From positions 9,054,001 through 9,118,000 of the forward strand of contig CM075988.1 of NCBI GenBank assembly GCA_038087875.1: a DNA stretch of 64,000 bases. Direction: 5' to 3'. The stretch is from Malacoraja senta. Taxonomy: Eukaryota. Positions 24,600-36,899 of the stretch are shown in pieces (within the stretch, counting starts at the first letter, position 1; every line of letters begins with the position of its first letter). A program made the translations under genes and the position numbers. The notes beneath the pieces are model-generated. The model ran no database searches and was not told the DNA's origin. It was given only the letters and a program-made list of their open reading frames with translations.

Positions 24600-25574
24600 T
24601 GAAATTACTTTCTGATTTTGAATCCAGAAATCGGAGTCTTGCACAAGCCGTTGAACTCTCATAAAGTAGGAAATATTTTGCACATATTCTTCACTAAGGA
24701 ATCCAACCAAACATAACTCATCTTAGCTGTGTGTGTAAGAATGGAAGAGGCTTCTGAAAGTTGCCAGACTGTTCGTTAGTTAAACACAAAATGCTGGAGT
24801 AACTCAGCGTGTCAAGCAGCATCTCCAGAGAAAAGGAATAGGTGACGTTTCGGGCCGAGACCCTTCTTCGTTAAGTTTAGTTTATTGTAACGTGTACTGA
24901 GGCTCTGTGTAAAGCTTTTTTGTCACTTGCTATCCAGTCAACGGAAGGACTATACATGATTAGAAACGAGCCGCCACACTGTACAGTTAAAGGGAATAAC
25001 GTTTAGCGCAAGATAAATGCTGCTGTTGGAGTAGAGGATTAAACGAGTGGAGCGATTGTAATGAATGATTACAGATCCGATTCTGGGACCAACATGTAGA
25101 GGGTCGCCTGGCTTGGGCCCCAAGGGGTTGACGATACAAGTGTTATTATCACTATTCTAAAAACAGAAAGATTTTTTAAAATTGGACGAGTAGCTGCTGA
25201 TGTATTTTGATTGGGCTTGTGCACATACTGTAAATATGGTGTTGGTTATTCCTCTGCGTATGTTATCACATTGGAAATCCTGAGCTCTTTTAGGTGATCT
25301 AGGTTAGCTTTGACATGAAGATCTCAACGCTGATATGTGGCTGTTGTGCCTGATCAGATAAAACATGGCAATGAGCAAAAAGGAGCATGCATTGCCAGTA
25401 GCTGATATTTTTAAGAACACCAACACTGTCCAAAATGGCTCAGGTACCAGAGAATATGTGCTTCAAATTGGGTGTTGCAAAAGGGAATACTTCTCGGTTA
25501 CTTTAAAAGAAAATCTTGGTAGTCTCTGCTTTAGCACAATTAATTGTTCTGACATTTATGCCAAAGTGTGTGTG

Positions 25575-28500
25575 ATTTTACTTCGGAGTCAGTTTAGTGA
25601 TTCCATGAAGAAGACCCGTCAGGGCGCATCCGTGTCATTACGTCGGTTGCATTGGCGCACGGACCAGCGGGAGGACGGAGCTCCTCCTGTGGTAAGTATT
25701 TTTAGAGTAATTTTAAAGAGTTTTAAAGCTCCAGCTAAGTGAGAAACTTAGCTGGAGTAAAAAAGTTTCCTTTACTGTGGTGCTGTGCTCTGTGTTTTGT
25801 TACAGGCAGCACCATGGTGAAGACGAGCAGGGGAGGACAGAGCTCCTCCTGTAGTAAGTACTTTTTAAGTACTTTTATAGTTTTAAAGCTCCAGCTAAGT
25901 GGGAAACTTAGCTGGAGTGAAAAGTTTCTGTTTTGTGGTGCTCTGTGTTTTTTATTACAGCAGCACCATGATGAAGACGACCAGGGGGAGGGCAGCCACA
26001 GGTAAAGCATAGGAGAGCCGCGGGAATGCGGTCTGTCAGCGGCTGCCTCGTACCCCTGCACAGTCGCTGACCGGGAGCGGGGCGACTTCAGACTGAGTGC
26101 TAAAAAGCACCAAAGCCTACGCCAGTCGTTTGTAAGGCACGGGGAAGACTGGGTGGCCCTCGGACTCAACTGAGTCGGGCCACAACGAGCCTGTACGGGG
26201 CTGGAGACGTTTTTAAACGGTTCTCCCAAAAGGAGCATCTCATTCAGAGGTTGCTCCAGAAACGCACACTCCGGGGAGGAGTCGTGTGGGCGGTAGGTTG
26301 CAGAAAGGCCACGCCGGCAGCACCTGGTAGAGGGCTGCTTAAAGCACCCTCATGCATGAGGTGAGTGCAGAGGGTCAGCTAAGTTCTGACCCCGACTCTG
26401 ACGGAGACTTGGAAATTAGCGAAGAACGACCGTTGTCAGAGGTCCATTCTCTGGCAGCACGATTCGCTGTCCAGTCAGAGTATGGAGTGCCACTGGGAGA
26501 ACAGCTGGCCTCTACGATAGGGTCAGCTCAGTTCTGACCCGACTCTGATGGAGACTTTGTTGAATAGCGAAGAACGGCTGTTGTCAGAGGTCCATTCTCT
26601 GGCAGCACGATTCGCTGTCCCGTCAGAATATGGAATGCCACTGGGAAAGCGAAGACGGCCGTTGTCAGAGTTCCCATCTCTGGCAGTATGATTTGCTGTC
26701 CAGTCAGAGTCTGGAATCACCAAGAGACGGGGTAACTGCGAGTTACTGAAGGTGCCAGCAGTGATATGGAGCCAGATGGGCGTGGGCGTGCAGTGCCCAG
26801 GAGATGAAGCTGCAGAGAATCCTGAAATTACTTGGCTCAGGAATCACGGCGTTCGCGAGAACGGTGGATGGAGGGCATGTGTCGGAGATGAAGCAAGAGG
26901 TACTAGGGTTGCTTGGTAGCACCCATTTTTGAGATACATTGTCTCAGGGAAAGTGCCATTCGGCCCACCATTAATTCAAGATTGCAGTATTTTTCCAGCC
27001 TAGCAACATACAGCCGGCCAACCTACTCTTCGGAGAGGACCTCGCCAAGAGAGTCAAGGACATGGATGATGAGGCAAAGACAGTGGACTTTATCAAGCCA
27101 CCGGCAGTCGGCAAGTTTCCAAAAAAGAAAGTACCCCGACAAACGAAGCGGGAACATGGTCAAACATTGGCTTTCCCGCCAAGGAGCCGGGGGACAACGT
27201 CATCCACCAGGTACCAAGGAGGTAGGTGGGCCTGGTTCTCAGGTGCACATATCAAATGTGACACAACTTAAATCTGGGGTACATTACATCTGTTTCTGGG
27301 ATGAATGGAAGCAAATTTCCTTAGCTCTGTTTATACAGAGTGTTATTCAAAGGTTTCGAATAGATTTCAATCCAAATTGTGATTTGCACATTCAGCATGT
27401 TCTTGGGAGAACTATTCAGTTTTCATTAACAGAACAGATGGATGTTCAGACTGCACTTGCAAGCTTATGTGATAAAGGTGTAATGGTAAAGTTGGTTCAC
27501 CAACCCCATCAATTTGTTTCTAATATTTTCCCAGGCCAAAAAAGGATGGGGGATATAGTATAGACATTGTAAGATGGAATTGTCACTGCCAAGCAACTGG
27601 GTCAAGAGGATGCTATATGGCGACTATAGAGCTTAAAGATGCGCATTACTCAATGTCTGTTGATTTGCAGGATAAGGATATTTGAAATTCACCTGGATGG
27701 ATCAACTATGGCAACAAAATTGTTAAAACCTATAATAGGCATGCTGAGAGGCCAGGGTCAGGTGCTCATGGCTTAACTTGATGATATCTTGATTACAGAG
27801 GTATCCAAGAGAACAGCTGAAGTAACAGGTGATAGTTGTTAAATCCAATTTTCAAAGATTGGGCATTATTCATCCAGAGGAATCCAAATTAACACCTGAC
27901 TACTTGGGTCACATTTGATTCAATTAAGTGACTGCCCAGGGAAAAAAGGGTAGAGCTAATTGACAGGTGTATCAAGCTAATTGAGGCATTAAGGATGCAT
28001 TTGGGTCATTATAATAGACCTAGGCCGTTATCAGTAAAGGCTATTTCTGATTTGCAATGGTGGATTCACCATGTGGCCAGAAGTTATAGCAAGGTAATGC
28101 TTGACCAGCCTTCTATGATTTTGCAGATGAATGTCATTGCACTCGGGTGAGGTGTCACGGATACGAGTTTCAGCTGTGGAGGCAGATGGACTGAGCAAGA
28201 GGCATCGCTTCTGCAGACATGGGCAATTAACTATTAAGAGGCTTTTATGGATAAGGCTTATTGCTCTAACAAATGTAATCTGCATATTCAGTTTCAGATT
28301 GACAATACTACGCAAGTGGCATATATATTAATCACATCAGTGGAATCAAGTCGGTATTTTGTGACAGATTGGCTAATCACATTTGGGCCTGGTACATTGA
28401 AATATATATTTCAGCTATTTATCTACCAGGTAGATTCTACATAGTAGCAGACGCCAAGTCACGAAAGTTCCATGACAACATAGATTGGATGTTGAACCAG

Positions 28501-29515
28501 GAGGTGTTCAATAATATAGTACTTATATATGAATGCCAGATATCGATTTGTATTGCATCAAGGTTCAACCATCAGCAGCCTAAATAGGTTTCATGGGAAC
28601 CAGACCAGGTGGCAGTTGCAATTGGTACTTTGACGTTACATTGGGGTGGTATGTTTTATATATTTTTCTACCATTTTGCCTAATAGGTCGGAGTCTGCAA
28701 GAAATCAAGCAGGATGCCGCTTTGGGGGTGCTTGTAATACCTAATTGGCCGAATCAAGCATGGTTCCCTTTGATGTTACAGTTAGGGATCCAACCTCTTT
28801 TTGGTGGTTGCCAAGCGTAGGAATTGACTGGATCATCCACTAACATGGGAAAGTCATCTGTTATGTGATCGTATTGACTTGTTAATTTGCAGGTTTTAAG
28901 AACGCCATACCTGGATCAAGGACTGTCTGGGTGAACGGTGGACATGATCAAATGCCGTTCGGCAAGAGGCTGTTTGCAAATTCAGTATTAAGTCCTGTTT
29001 AGGTTCCCCTGGGATAGAGGGGTTACTGTTTGTTTTGATTATTCAAATCAATTGTTATTGCATGATATTAAAATTTCATGTTTAACGCATTATTGATTGT
29101 TTCTCATCGAAAGTCAATCAATGCAGTGAGAAGCCGGGATTTGGATCTACGGCATAAAATCACAGAGCTTTGAACTCTTCATGGAATCACTAAAGTGACT
29201 CCGAAGTAAAATAGTAAGATTAAACGAGAACTTACCAGTTTGAAGTTTAATCGTTATTTTATGAGGAGTTACGTTGTTGATTACGTGCCCGCCATGCCCA
29301 ACCCTCTCTCATAAAAAAAGTCATATGGTAGTTCTGATGTTGCTCATCTTAATATGTTACTTCAAATATTGTGTTATCTGTGATTTCATACCGCTGCTTT
29401 GAAGATTGACGCGCATGCGCCCTGACGGGTCTTCTTCACGTAATCACTAACGTAACTCCTCATGAAAATAACGATCAAACTTCAAACTGTTAAGTTCTCG
29501 TTTAATCTTACTATT
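25575..29515 (+). mobile_element. Decayed DIRS1-type retrotransposon (family B) lacking most of the tyrosine recombinase
   Basis: Left end ATTttacttcggagtc...gaagaagacccgtcagggcgca, ICR ~29177-29287, right ITR from ~29407 ending cttactATT. Disrupted RT (QFVSNIF, D.ILI), RNase H (IDNTTQVAY) and MT (FLPFCLIGR.LQEIKQD...PNWP.Q.W) remnants. Confidence 0.9.
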
Positions 29516-30307
29516 AATATTTGATGTGAGGAATCAGGTCCGATGGACTGACACACGCATGGAGATATCTGCAGCAGGCAATGTGAATTAGGCAGAGTCA
29601 GTGAAAGATACAGCATGGAAAATAAGGTGGGGAGAAAGTTTGTGAAGAGTGGTCATGGTCAGGCAAATGCTGGCAAGGATGCAGGTAAGGAGGCAGATGG
29701 GTGGAGATGGTATCTAAGCTAGAGGTGAGATGGAGTCAAAAGGATATCAGATAAATGGAAGCAAAATTAGGAGTTGAATGTAAAGATGGAGGGGGGTGAT
29801 GTAGGTAGAAGTGGAAGGGGGCTGGGAAAAAAGAGGGAAGATAAAAAGAATGGGGCACTCGGAGAAGGGCGGGGCAGGAGATGAGTGAATTGGGAGATGA
29901 GGTAAAAGGGACAGGATGCTGGGGAGGGGGATGAGAAGGGGGTGGTGGTTTACTTGAACGATTTGTGGGGAGGGGGATGAGAAGGGGGTGGTGGTTTACT
30001 TGAAATTGGAGAATGCATTGTTCATACTGTTGGGTAGTATGCAGAATAAGAAGTGCCCAGTTTGTGTCGTGCCTTTGGGTTCTATTTCAATGTGAGATGT
30101 TGAAATATAAATCTAAGTCCACTTTTGTGGCGGTAACTCATCTTTTAGATTTCTCCACCAGAGGCACGGTGGAGGCTCAGTCACTGGACATATTCGATAG
30201 AACTGGACACATTAAAGGAATCACAGAATACCACATGGTCAGTGCAGTAAAGTGTCAATATGGTAGCAGATCAGCTGTGATCTTATTGTGGATGAGCAGA
30301 TCCAAAG

Positions 30308-30603
30308 GCAGCATGGTGGCGCGGCGGTAGATTTGCTGCCTTACAGCGCTTGCAGCGCCGGACACCTGGGTTTGATCCCGACTACGGGTGCTGTCTGTAT
30401 GAAGTTTGTACGTGACCAGGTGGGTTTTCTCCGAGATCTTTGGTTTCCTCCCACACTCCAAAGACGTACAGGTATGCAAGTTAATCAGCTTGGTGTACTT
30501 GTGAATTCTCCCTAGTGTGTGTGCGGGGATCGCTGGTTGGCGCGGACTCGATAGGCCGAAGGGCCTATTTCCGTGCTGTATCTCTAAACTAAACTAAACT
30601 AAA
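30308..30603 (+). mobile_element. HE1-like V-SINE
   Basis: tRNA-like head, V-domain, (ctaaa)n tail. Confidence 0.83.
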
Positions 30604-31113
30604 CAAAGTGCTGGATGGCTTGTTGCTGCTCTAGTTCTCTTGTTCTAATGCACCTATCTCACCAGGGACTAACTTTACTGTACCACTCTACTGTTTTGTT
30701 TTTAAATTGCTGTTTTTGTTTCCCTTATTCCTTCCGCCCACAATATTTAATATGTAAAAGAATATGTGATTCTGTTCCATTCTGTTTGTAGTTTGTTTGT
30801 TTGTTTGTTTGTTTTTTGCACAAAGTCCGCAAGCATTGTGTATCTCGTATGTGTGTGACAAATAAACTTGACTTGACTTGACTTGACATATGTTCCCAGG
30901 AAATAATTTCAAAAGGCATTGATGTCAAATGTACCTCAATGATCATACTTTATTATCACATGTGTAATATCCCTGGAGAAAAGGAACAGGTGGCGTTTCG
31001 GGCCGAGACACTTTTTCAGACTGACCAAAGGTAACTAATGGTTAACTAGATAGGCAAGCAGCTTAACAGAAGGCAAAAAAACATTATAAAGTTCAGATTA
31101 CATCTTAGTTTTG

Positions 31114-31530
31114 TTTAGTTTAGTTTAGTTTATTGTCACATGTGCTAAGGTAGAGTGAAAAGCTTTTTGTTGCGGGCTAATCAGTCAGCGGAAAGAGTCT
31201 TCATGATGAGAATCGAGCCGTCCACAGTGTACAGTTAGATGACAAAGGGAATATTGTTTCAATAAAGTCCATTTAAAGATACTCTGATGAACTTCAATGA
31301 GGTAGATAGTAGCTCAGGACCACTCTCTAGTTTTCGGTAGGAGGGTTAATTTGACTGATAACAGCCGGGAATAAACCGTCTCTGAATCTGGAGGTATGCG
31401 TGAGAACAGATACCTCCAGATTCAGAGACAGTTTCTTCCCAGCTGTTATCAGGCAACTGAACCATCCTACAGAAAACTAACGAGCGATCCTGAGCTACTA
31501 TCTACCTAATTGAAGACCCTCGGACTATCT
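31114..31530. mobile_element. LINE 3'-end fragment (Rex-Babar/L2-like) folded back on itself
   Basis: Tail (tttag)n-ttattgtcac; ~31277-31397 is inverted at 31410-31530. Related + strand tail at ~38563-38842. Confidence 0.6.
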
Positions 31531-32799
31531 CTAATCCTGCGCAATGTGTTGAGATCTGATGCCAGAGACCCATTCATGAAGTAGAACGTGGTGAAGAAAA
31601 AAGTCCAAGCTATCCAACTGGGTTGTTGATCTTAGGAGAAAAACTGTGAAGGTGCAGACATTCTAATGGCACAGGAAGCATCAGAGAGCTAGAAACATAG
31701 AGCTGCATAACTGACTCATTAATATTGAAGGGCAAATCAAGAATATTGCATCATATCCAAACAATGGGGAAAATGTGGAAATGTAGACAAAAGTGATTCT
31801 AAATTGGTTATTAACAAGTTATTTAGGTAGAGAATGACCTACTCATGACAGTTGAACTGACTTCTGAGTAGATTGGGGGGAATAGGAGACCTGGAATGTT
31901 TAATAAACAGGCAGTTTCTCCTTTGGGAATCTCCAAGATGGAAGAAATCAATAGACCGCCTCCTATGTGACACATCACCTGAAGTAACTCAGTATCTGAC
32001 ATGACTTTGTTCCAAATATAAATTAAAACCAGTTGTGACTCAGTACTGAGTGTGGCTTGGAATTTTATATGTCTGACTGCTTGTGTGGCATTAACTAACG
32101 TGTCCCAGTAGCATGTCTGGTTCGGTGCCTGGTATGACTCAGAACGCATTTGGTGTGATTCAGCGGCAGGTTAAGTTTCAATATCTGGCATGTCCTCAAT
32201 ACTAAGTAACCGGTGTGATTCAGAGCAGTGCTTAGTGTCACTTAGTACCAAGTGTGGCCAGTATCTGTTACAACTCAGTGACCAGTATGACTCGGTGTTT
32301 GTTGTGTCTCCGTATGCAATGTGATTCCACAACAGGTTTGACTCGGCACCAAATGAGATGACAACAGAGCTATTCTCAGTAAAGACCAATGTCGAACCAG
32401 ATAAGGGTTTGAAGAAGTGTCCGGACCTGAAATGTCACATGAGTCTGAAGAATGGTCCCGACCTGAAACGTCGCTTATCCATATTCTCTGGAGATGCTGC
32501 CTGACCCACTGAGCTACTCCAGCATTTTGTGTCTTCCCTTGTTTCTATTTTCTATGTTACCTCCCTACAACTAAATTACTGCCCAGCCTTGGAGCACTAG
32601 CTGAGTGGTTTGCTGCTGTTTTAGATGACACCATTTTGTGTCTGTGCAGTTACAAGATGCACTTGTTGCTGTTCCCCAGGGCTAACAATTCCTAAAAGTC
32701 ACCATGGCAACTGCGGCCTAATCAAACTCCAATTTTTAGCCGAAGTTCTGTCAAGACTCACTTGAGTCTGTTTCACGGTTCAACTGTCCCTTGACTTTT

Positions 32800-33225
32800 A
32801 ACATAGAACATAGATACAGCGCAGGAACAGGCCCTTCAGCACACAATGTCTGTGGTGTGCATTGATGCTGATATTCTTCATCTGCCTGAACATGATCCAT
32901 TCCCCTCCACCAGCACATCCCTGTACCCAGCTAAAAGCCTCTTAAATGCTACTATTATATCTGCCTCCTCCACCACCCCCAACAGTGCACTCCAGGCACC
33001 CATCGCCATGTAAAAAAGTTGCCCCACACATCTCCTTTAAACTTTGCCCCTTTCCTTCCTGACTCTTATACTCAAGCGTACCGCCTGCCTTCTTTAACAC
33101 TTTGTCTACTTGTGTTGACAGTTTCAGTGAGCAATGGACTGGGACCCCAAGATCCATCTGTACATCAATGCTGTTAAAGTGTCATGTCATTAATTGTATT
33201 CTTTCCCCTTGCGTCCAACCTCCTA
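32800..33225 (-). mobile_element. Degenerate CR1-clade LINE fragment
   Basis: DLGVPVH.SLK.STQVDKVLKKA (32942..33157) and CR1 tail near 32800. Confidence 0.7.
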
Positions 33226-33573
33226 AGGTGCAAGACCTTTTTTTAGCCTTTCTGGTTGCTGTCAATTTCTCATTGGTACTATTCACAATGATGAGTTAGT
33301 CTACTAGAAAATATGAAATCAAAACATGTAGTCAATTTTACTTCGGAGTCACGTGAGTGACTACGTGAAGAAGACCCCGTCCAGCCGCACACGCGTCATT
33401 ATCGATCAGACGCATAGCGTTCATGACCGTGTGTGGAGAAGCAGCAGCTCCTCCAGGCGGTGAGTAAAGCGAATTTAAAGTAAAAATCGGACAAGGTAAG
33501 TGGTTTCGTTTTTACTTACAGGGCGCTTTTCTTCCCGCTCAGACGTGTTGGCAGAGGTCCACACAAACTCAGA

Positions 33574-35056
33574 ATGGAGAAAGGGCGTAGGGGAAGGAGA
33601 GGCCAGGGACGCACCGCAGGTAAAACCCCCGATGCTAAGGGTAGCGGGCGTCCGGAAGAGGAGGCAGTGGCATCGAAGCCATCAACTCCCGTTACGGTCG
33701 AATGTGCCGTTAAACCGCTGGCGGCGGGGCGCAAGGCAGGACAAAAGTCGGCCCGACCTGTAGACTCGGATGAGTCAGACCCGGAGGTATACCCTCCTGC
33801 AGCAGAAAACGTTATGGCTGCAAGGGTCGCCAGTTTAGACCTCCTGATGGGGAATGATTTACAAAGAACCCCACAGGAGGAACCAGGTCGGTGTTGGCCA
33901 ATGGAGGATACAGCACAGGGTGTGCCTTGGTTGGGACAGGCACAAGGGTGGCCTACAGGAGAGCCATCAGAAATGACTGTGCAAAGTTATTACAGTGGTT
34001 GGCCTACAGGAGAGCCAGTGCCAGAAATGCCTGAAAAAAGGCAGTATATGTGCTGGCCTACTGAAGAGCCAGTACCAGAAATGTCTCAAAAAAGACAGTA
34101 CAAACGTACTTATGTGCCAGCATCGAAAGTTCCTAAAAGGGAAAAATATGAAGTGTTGGCCTAGAGTTGAGCCAGCGCCAGCAGCACCTGAAACAGGGCT
34201 GCCTATCCGTGGGCCTATAAGAGAGCCCGCGCAGGGGGAATCTGGCATTGACTTATCTGAAACAGGGGAGCCAGAATTTACACAACCTGAAGAGGAACAT
34301 CTAGATTCAGAAGATGAATTCTATTAGGATGAGAGCCCATTATCAGAGCTGAAAGTTCCTGGACTAGCACAAAAGTTTGCTGTTCCTAGAATAAAAGGGG
34401 AACCTTTGAGGGATGAAATAGCAATGACTATAAATTATCTACTCTCCCATCAGCTCCAGGAAGTAACTATGGATGAGACTATGAAACAGTATGAGCCTCG
34501 GAGAATTGTGAATTGCTGACAGTTCCAGCAGTGAATAACTTGATATGGGGTTATTTGAGCATTGGTTTACGCTCACAAGAATTGAAATTGCAACATGTAT
34601 TGAAATTGCTGGGGTCAGGCATCACGGCATTTGCCAGAGGTTTGGATGATGATTTTGTATCAGATTCACAACAAGATGCTTTAGCACTGATGTGTGGTGC
34701 GCACTTTGAAATAAATTGTATTCGTAAAAATGCAATAAGACCAAATATTCATCCTAAGTATGCAGGGCTCTGCAAACCAACCAACATACAAATGCCTAAA
34801 TCTGCTGTTTGGAGAGTTTAAAAAAATAAATAATAACCTGAGTGGTATGATGATGTGACCACCAATGCTGAGCAGAGCAGTGCGAAGGCAGTATCCCTAC
34901 AGGCAGAATGCTGGTGCTGGAGAAGGAACAAGTCGATCATTCTCGTATACACGTTGGCGTGATGCACCGGGGATACGTGGAGGTTACAATATGCCTACCA
35001 GAAGGGGACAACAATGGCCGGTGGCAAACCCCAAGGTAGGGGGCCTAGTCTGGTAA
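33574..35056 (+). pseudogene. DIRS ORF1 (gag-like), broken by frameshifts and stops
   Basis: Low-complexity N-terminus with WPxxEP repeats, then NCELLTVPAVN..IW...KLQ...EIN.IRK.AIRP. The homologous region is present in family B (~26450-27000). Confidence 0.7.
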
Positions 35057-35698
35057 GGAAGACAAATGATTCATTTATTCTAAACTGCATTGTAGGATTC
35101 AAAATTGAGTTCTATCCACATTTGGATCCTCCCAAGGCAAGAAAATTCAAACTGGTCACGAATTTTCTCAAAAGAAGAGAATACGTTAATCAAAGGAGAA
35201 TTAGAAACTTTAACCAAAAAGGGGGTAATAGAGAAGTCAGTAGAACAACACCAGCAGTTTGTATCAAATATTTTTCAAAGAACAAAAAAGGATGGTGGTT
35301 GTAGAATCATATTGGATCTGACAAATCTTAACCTTTATGTACAATACAAACATTTCAAAATGGAAACATTTACTAATGCAATTCAGCTAATCACAGAAAA
35401 TTGCTACATGGCATGCATAGATCTGCAAGATGCATATTATTCCGTGGCAATGCATGGTAATGATCAAAGATATTTGAAATTTAGATGGATGAGTCAGTTA
35501 TGGCAATTTAAAGCATTGCCCAATGGTCTGACTTCAGCACCAAGATTATTCACTAAATTGCTCAAACCAATTTTGGCTCTGTTAAGAGCTGAGGGCCATG
35601 TATTAATGGCTTATTTAGATGATATCCTCATTGTAGGGGACACTTTGGCTGCTGCAAAATTGTCAGTATCCAGAGTCGAATACATTTTGAGAAATTAG
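35014..35698 (+). pseudogene. DIRS reverse transcriptase domain
   Basis: FVSNIF...KKDGG.R.ILDL..LN...HFKMET...IDLQDAY...ALPNGL.SAPRLFTK...YLDDIL. Frameshift near the 5' end and a premature stop at 35698. Confidence 0.93.
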
Positions 35699-35727
35699 GT
35701 TTCATTATTCACCTACAAAAATCTAAA

Positions 35728-36432
35728 TTGTTACCAAGCAAAAAGATTGATTACCTAGGGGTCACAATTAACTCCGAACACATGGTAATCACTTTGCCAA
35801 AAGATAAAAAGCTGCAGTTAATTGAAGGTTGCATAAAACTCATTAACGAGGACACACCTTCAATTAGAGAAGTGGCAAGCTTGCTAGGCAAATTAATTGC
35901 AGGGTTTCCAGCGGTCACGTTTGGACCATTGCATTATCAATGTTTACAGAGAGCTAAGGTACAAGCGTTAAAAATGAATAGAGGGCATTTTGACAGGCCC
36001 ATGAAATTAACAATTCAATCCATTACAGAAATAGAATGGTGGATTAACAATGTTTCTAATGCTTCCAGAAAAGTTCTGGTAGAAACACCTTCCGTCACTC
36101 TACAGACTGATGTAACTGCGCTGAGTTGGGGCGCTACTAACATGATTTCCAGCTGTGGTAGGTGGAATGTGAATGAAGTACCTTTGCTGGAAAATCTGGG
36201 AATCAATTACCTAGAGCTATTAGGCGCATTTTACGGCCTTAGATCTTATTGCACTGATATGGAAAATGTGCATGTTCACGTACAGGTTGACAATACTACA
36301 GCTGTAGCATACATAAATCACATGGGTGGTATAAAATCAGAATCATGTGATAAATTGGCAAATGAAATTTGGACCTGGGGTATTGCCAGAAAAATTTGGC
36401 TGTCAGCAATATATTTACCAGGTAAAAATTAA
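35728..36432 (+). pseudogene. DIRS RT C-terminus and RNase H domain
   Basis: YLG...LQTD(VT)..SWG...INYLELL...VDNTTAVAYINHMGG...YLPGK.N, the DIRS RNase H motifs. Confidence 0.9.
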
Positions 36433-36893
36433 TACAATTGCAGACAAAAGATCATGTAAATTTAATGATAATACAGAATGGATGTTAAATCGGAAAAGAT
36501 TCACACAAATTGTCACACAATTTGGAATGCCAGAAATTGATCTGTTTGCATCAAGATCGAACCACCAGTTGCCTAAGTATGTGTCATGGGAACCTGATCC
36601 TGGAGCAGTAGCGGTGGATGCTTTCTCGCTACATTGGGGTGGTATGTTTCTGTATGCGTTTCCGCCATTTTGTTTAATCCACAGATGCATACAGAAAATT
36701 AAACAAGATTCAGCCTCAGGGATTTTGGTAGTACCAGATTGGCCTAAACAGCTATGGTACCCACTGGTGTTAAAAATAATCAAAAAAAAACCTTATGGTT
36801 ATTCCAAAGCAGATTAAACTGCTTGTACACCCTGTGACTGATGAACCACATCCTTTACATGATCGTATTGGTTTGTTGATTTGCAGATTCTAA
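36425..36893 (+). pseudogene. DIRS Dam-like (N6-adenine) DNA methyltransferase domain
   Basis: TEWML...PEIDLFASR.N.QLPKYVSW.PDP.A.AVDAF...W....YAFPPF.LI...LVVP.WP.Q.WY. Confidence 0.85.
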
Positions 36894-36899
36894 GAAGGC

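Noticed and set aside
29921..30005. ~38-bp direct repeat
   Set aside because: Trivial local duplication within a decayed Penelope-like fragment.
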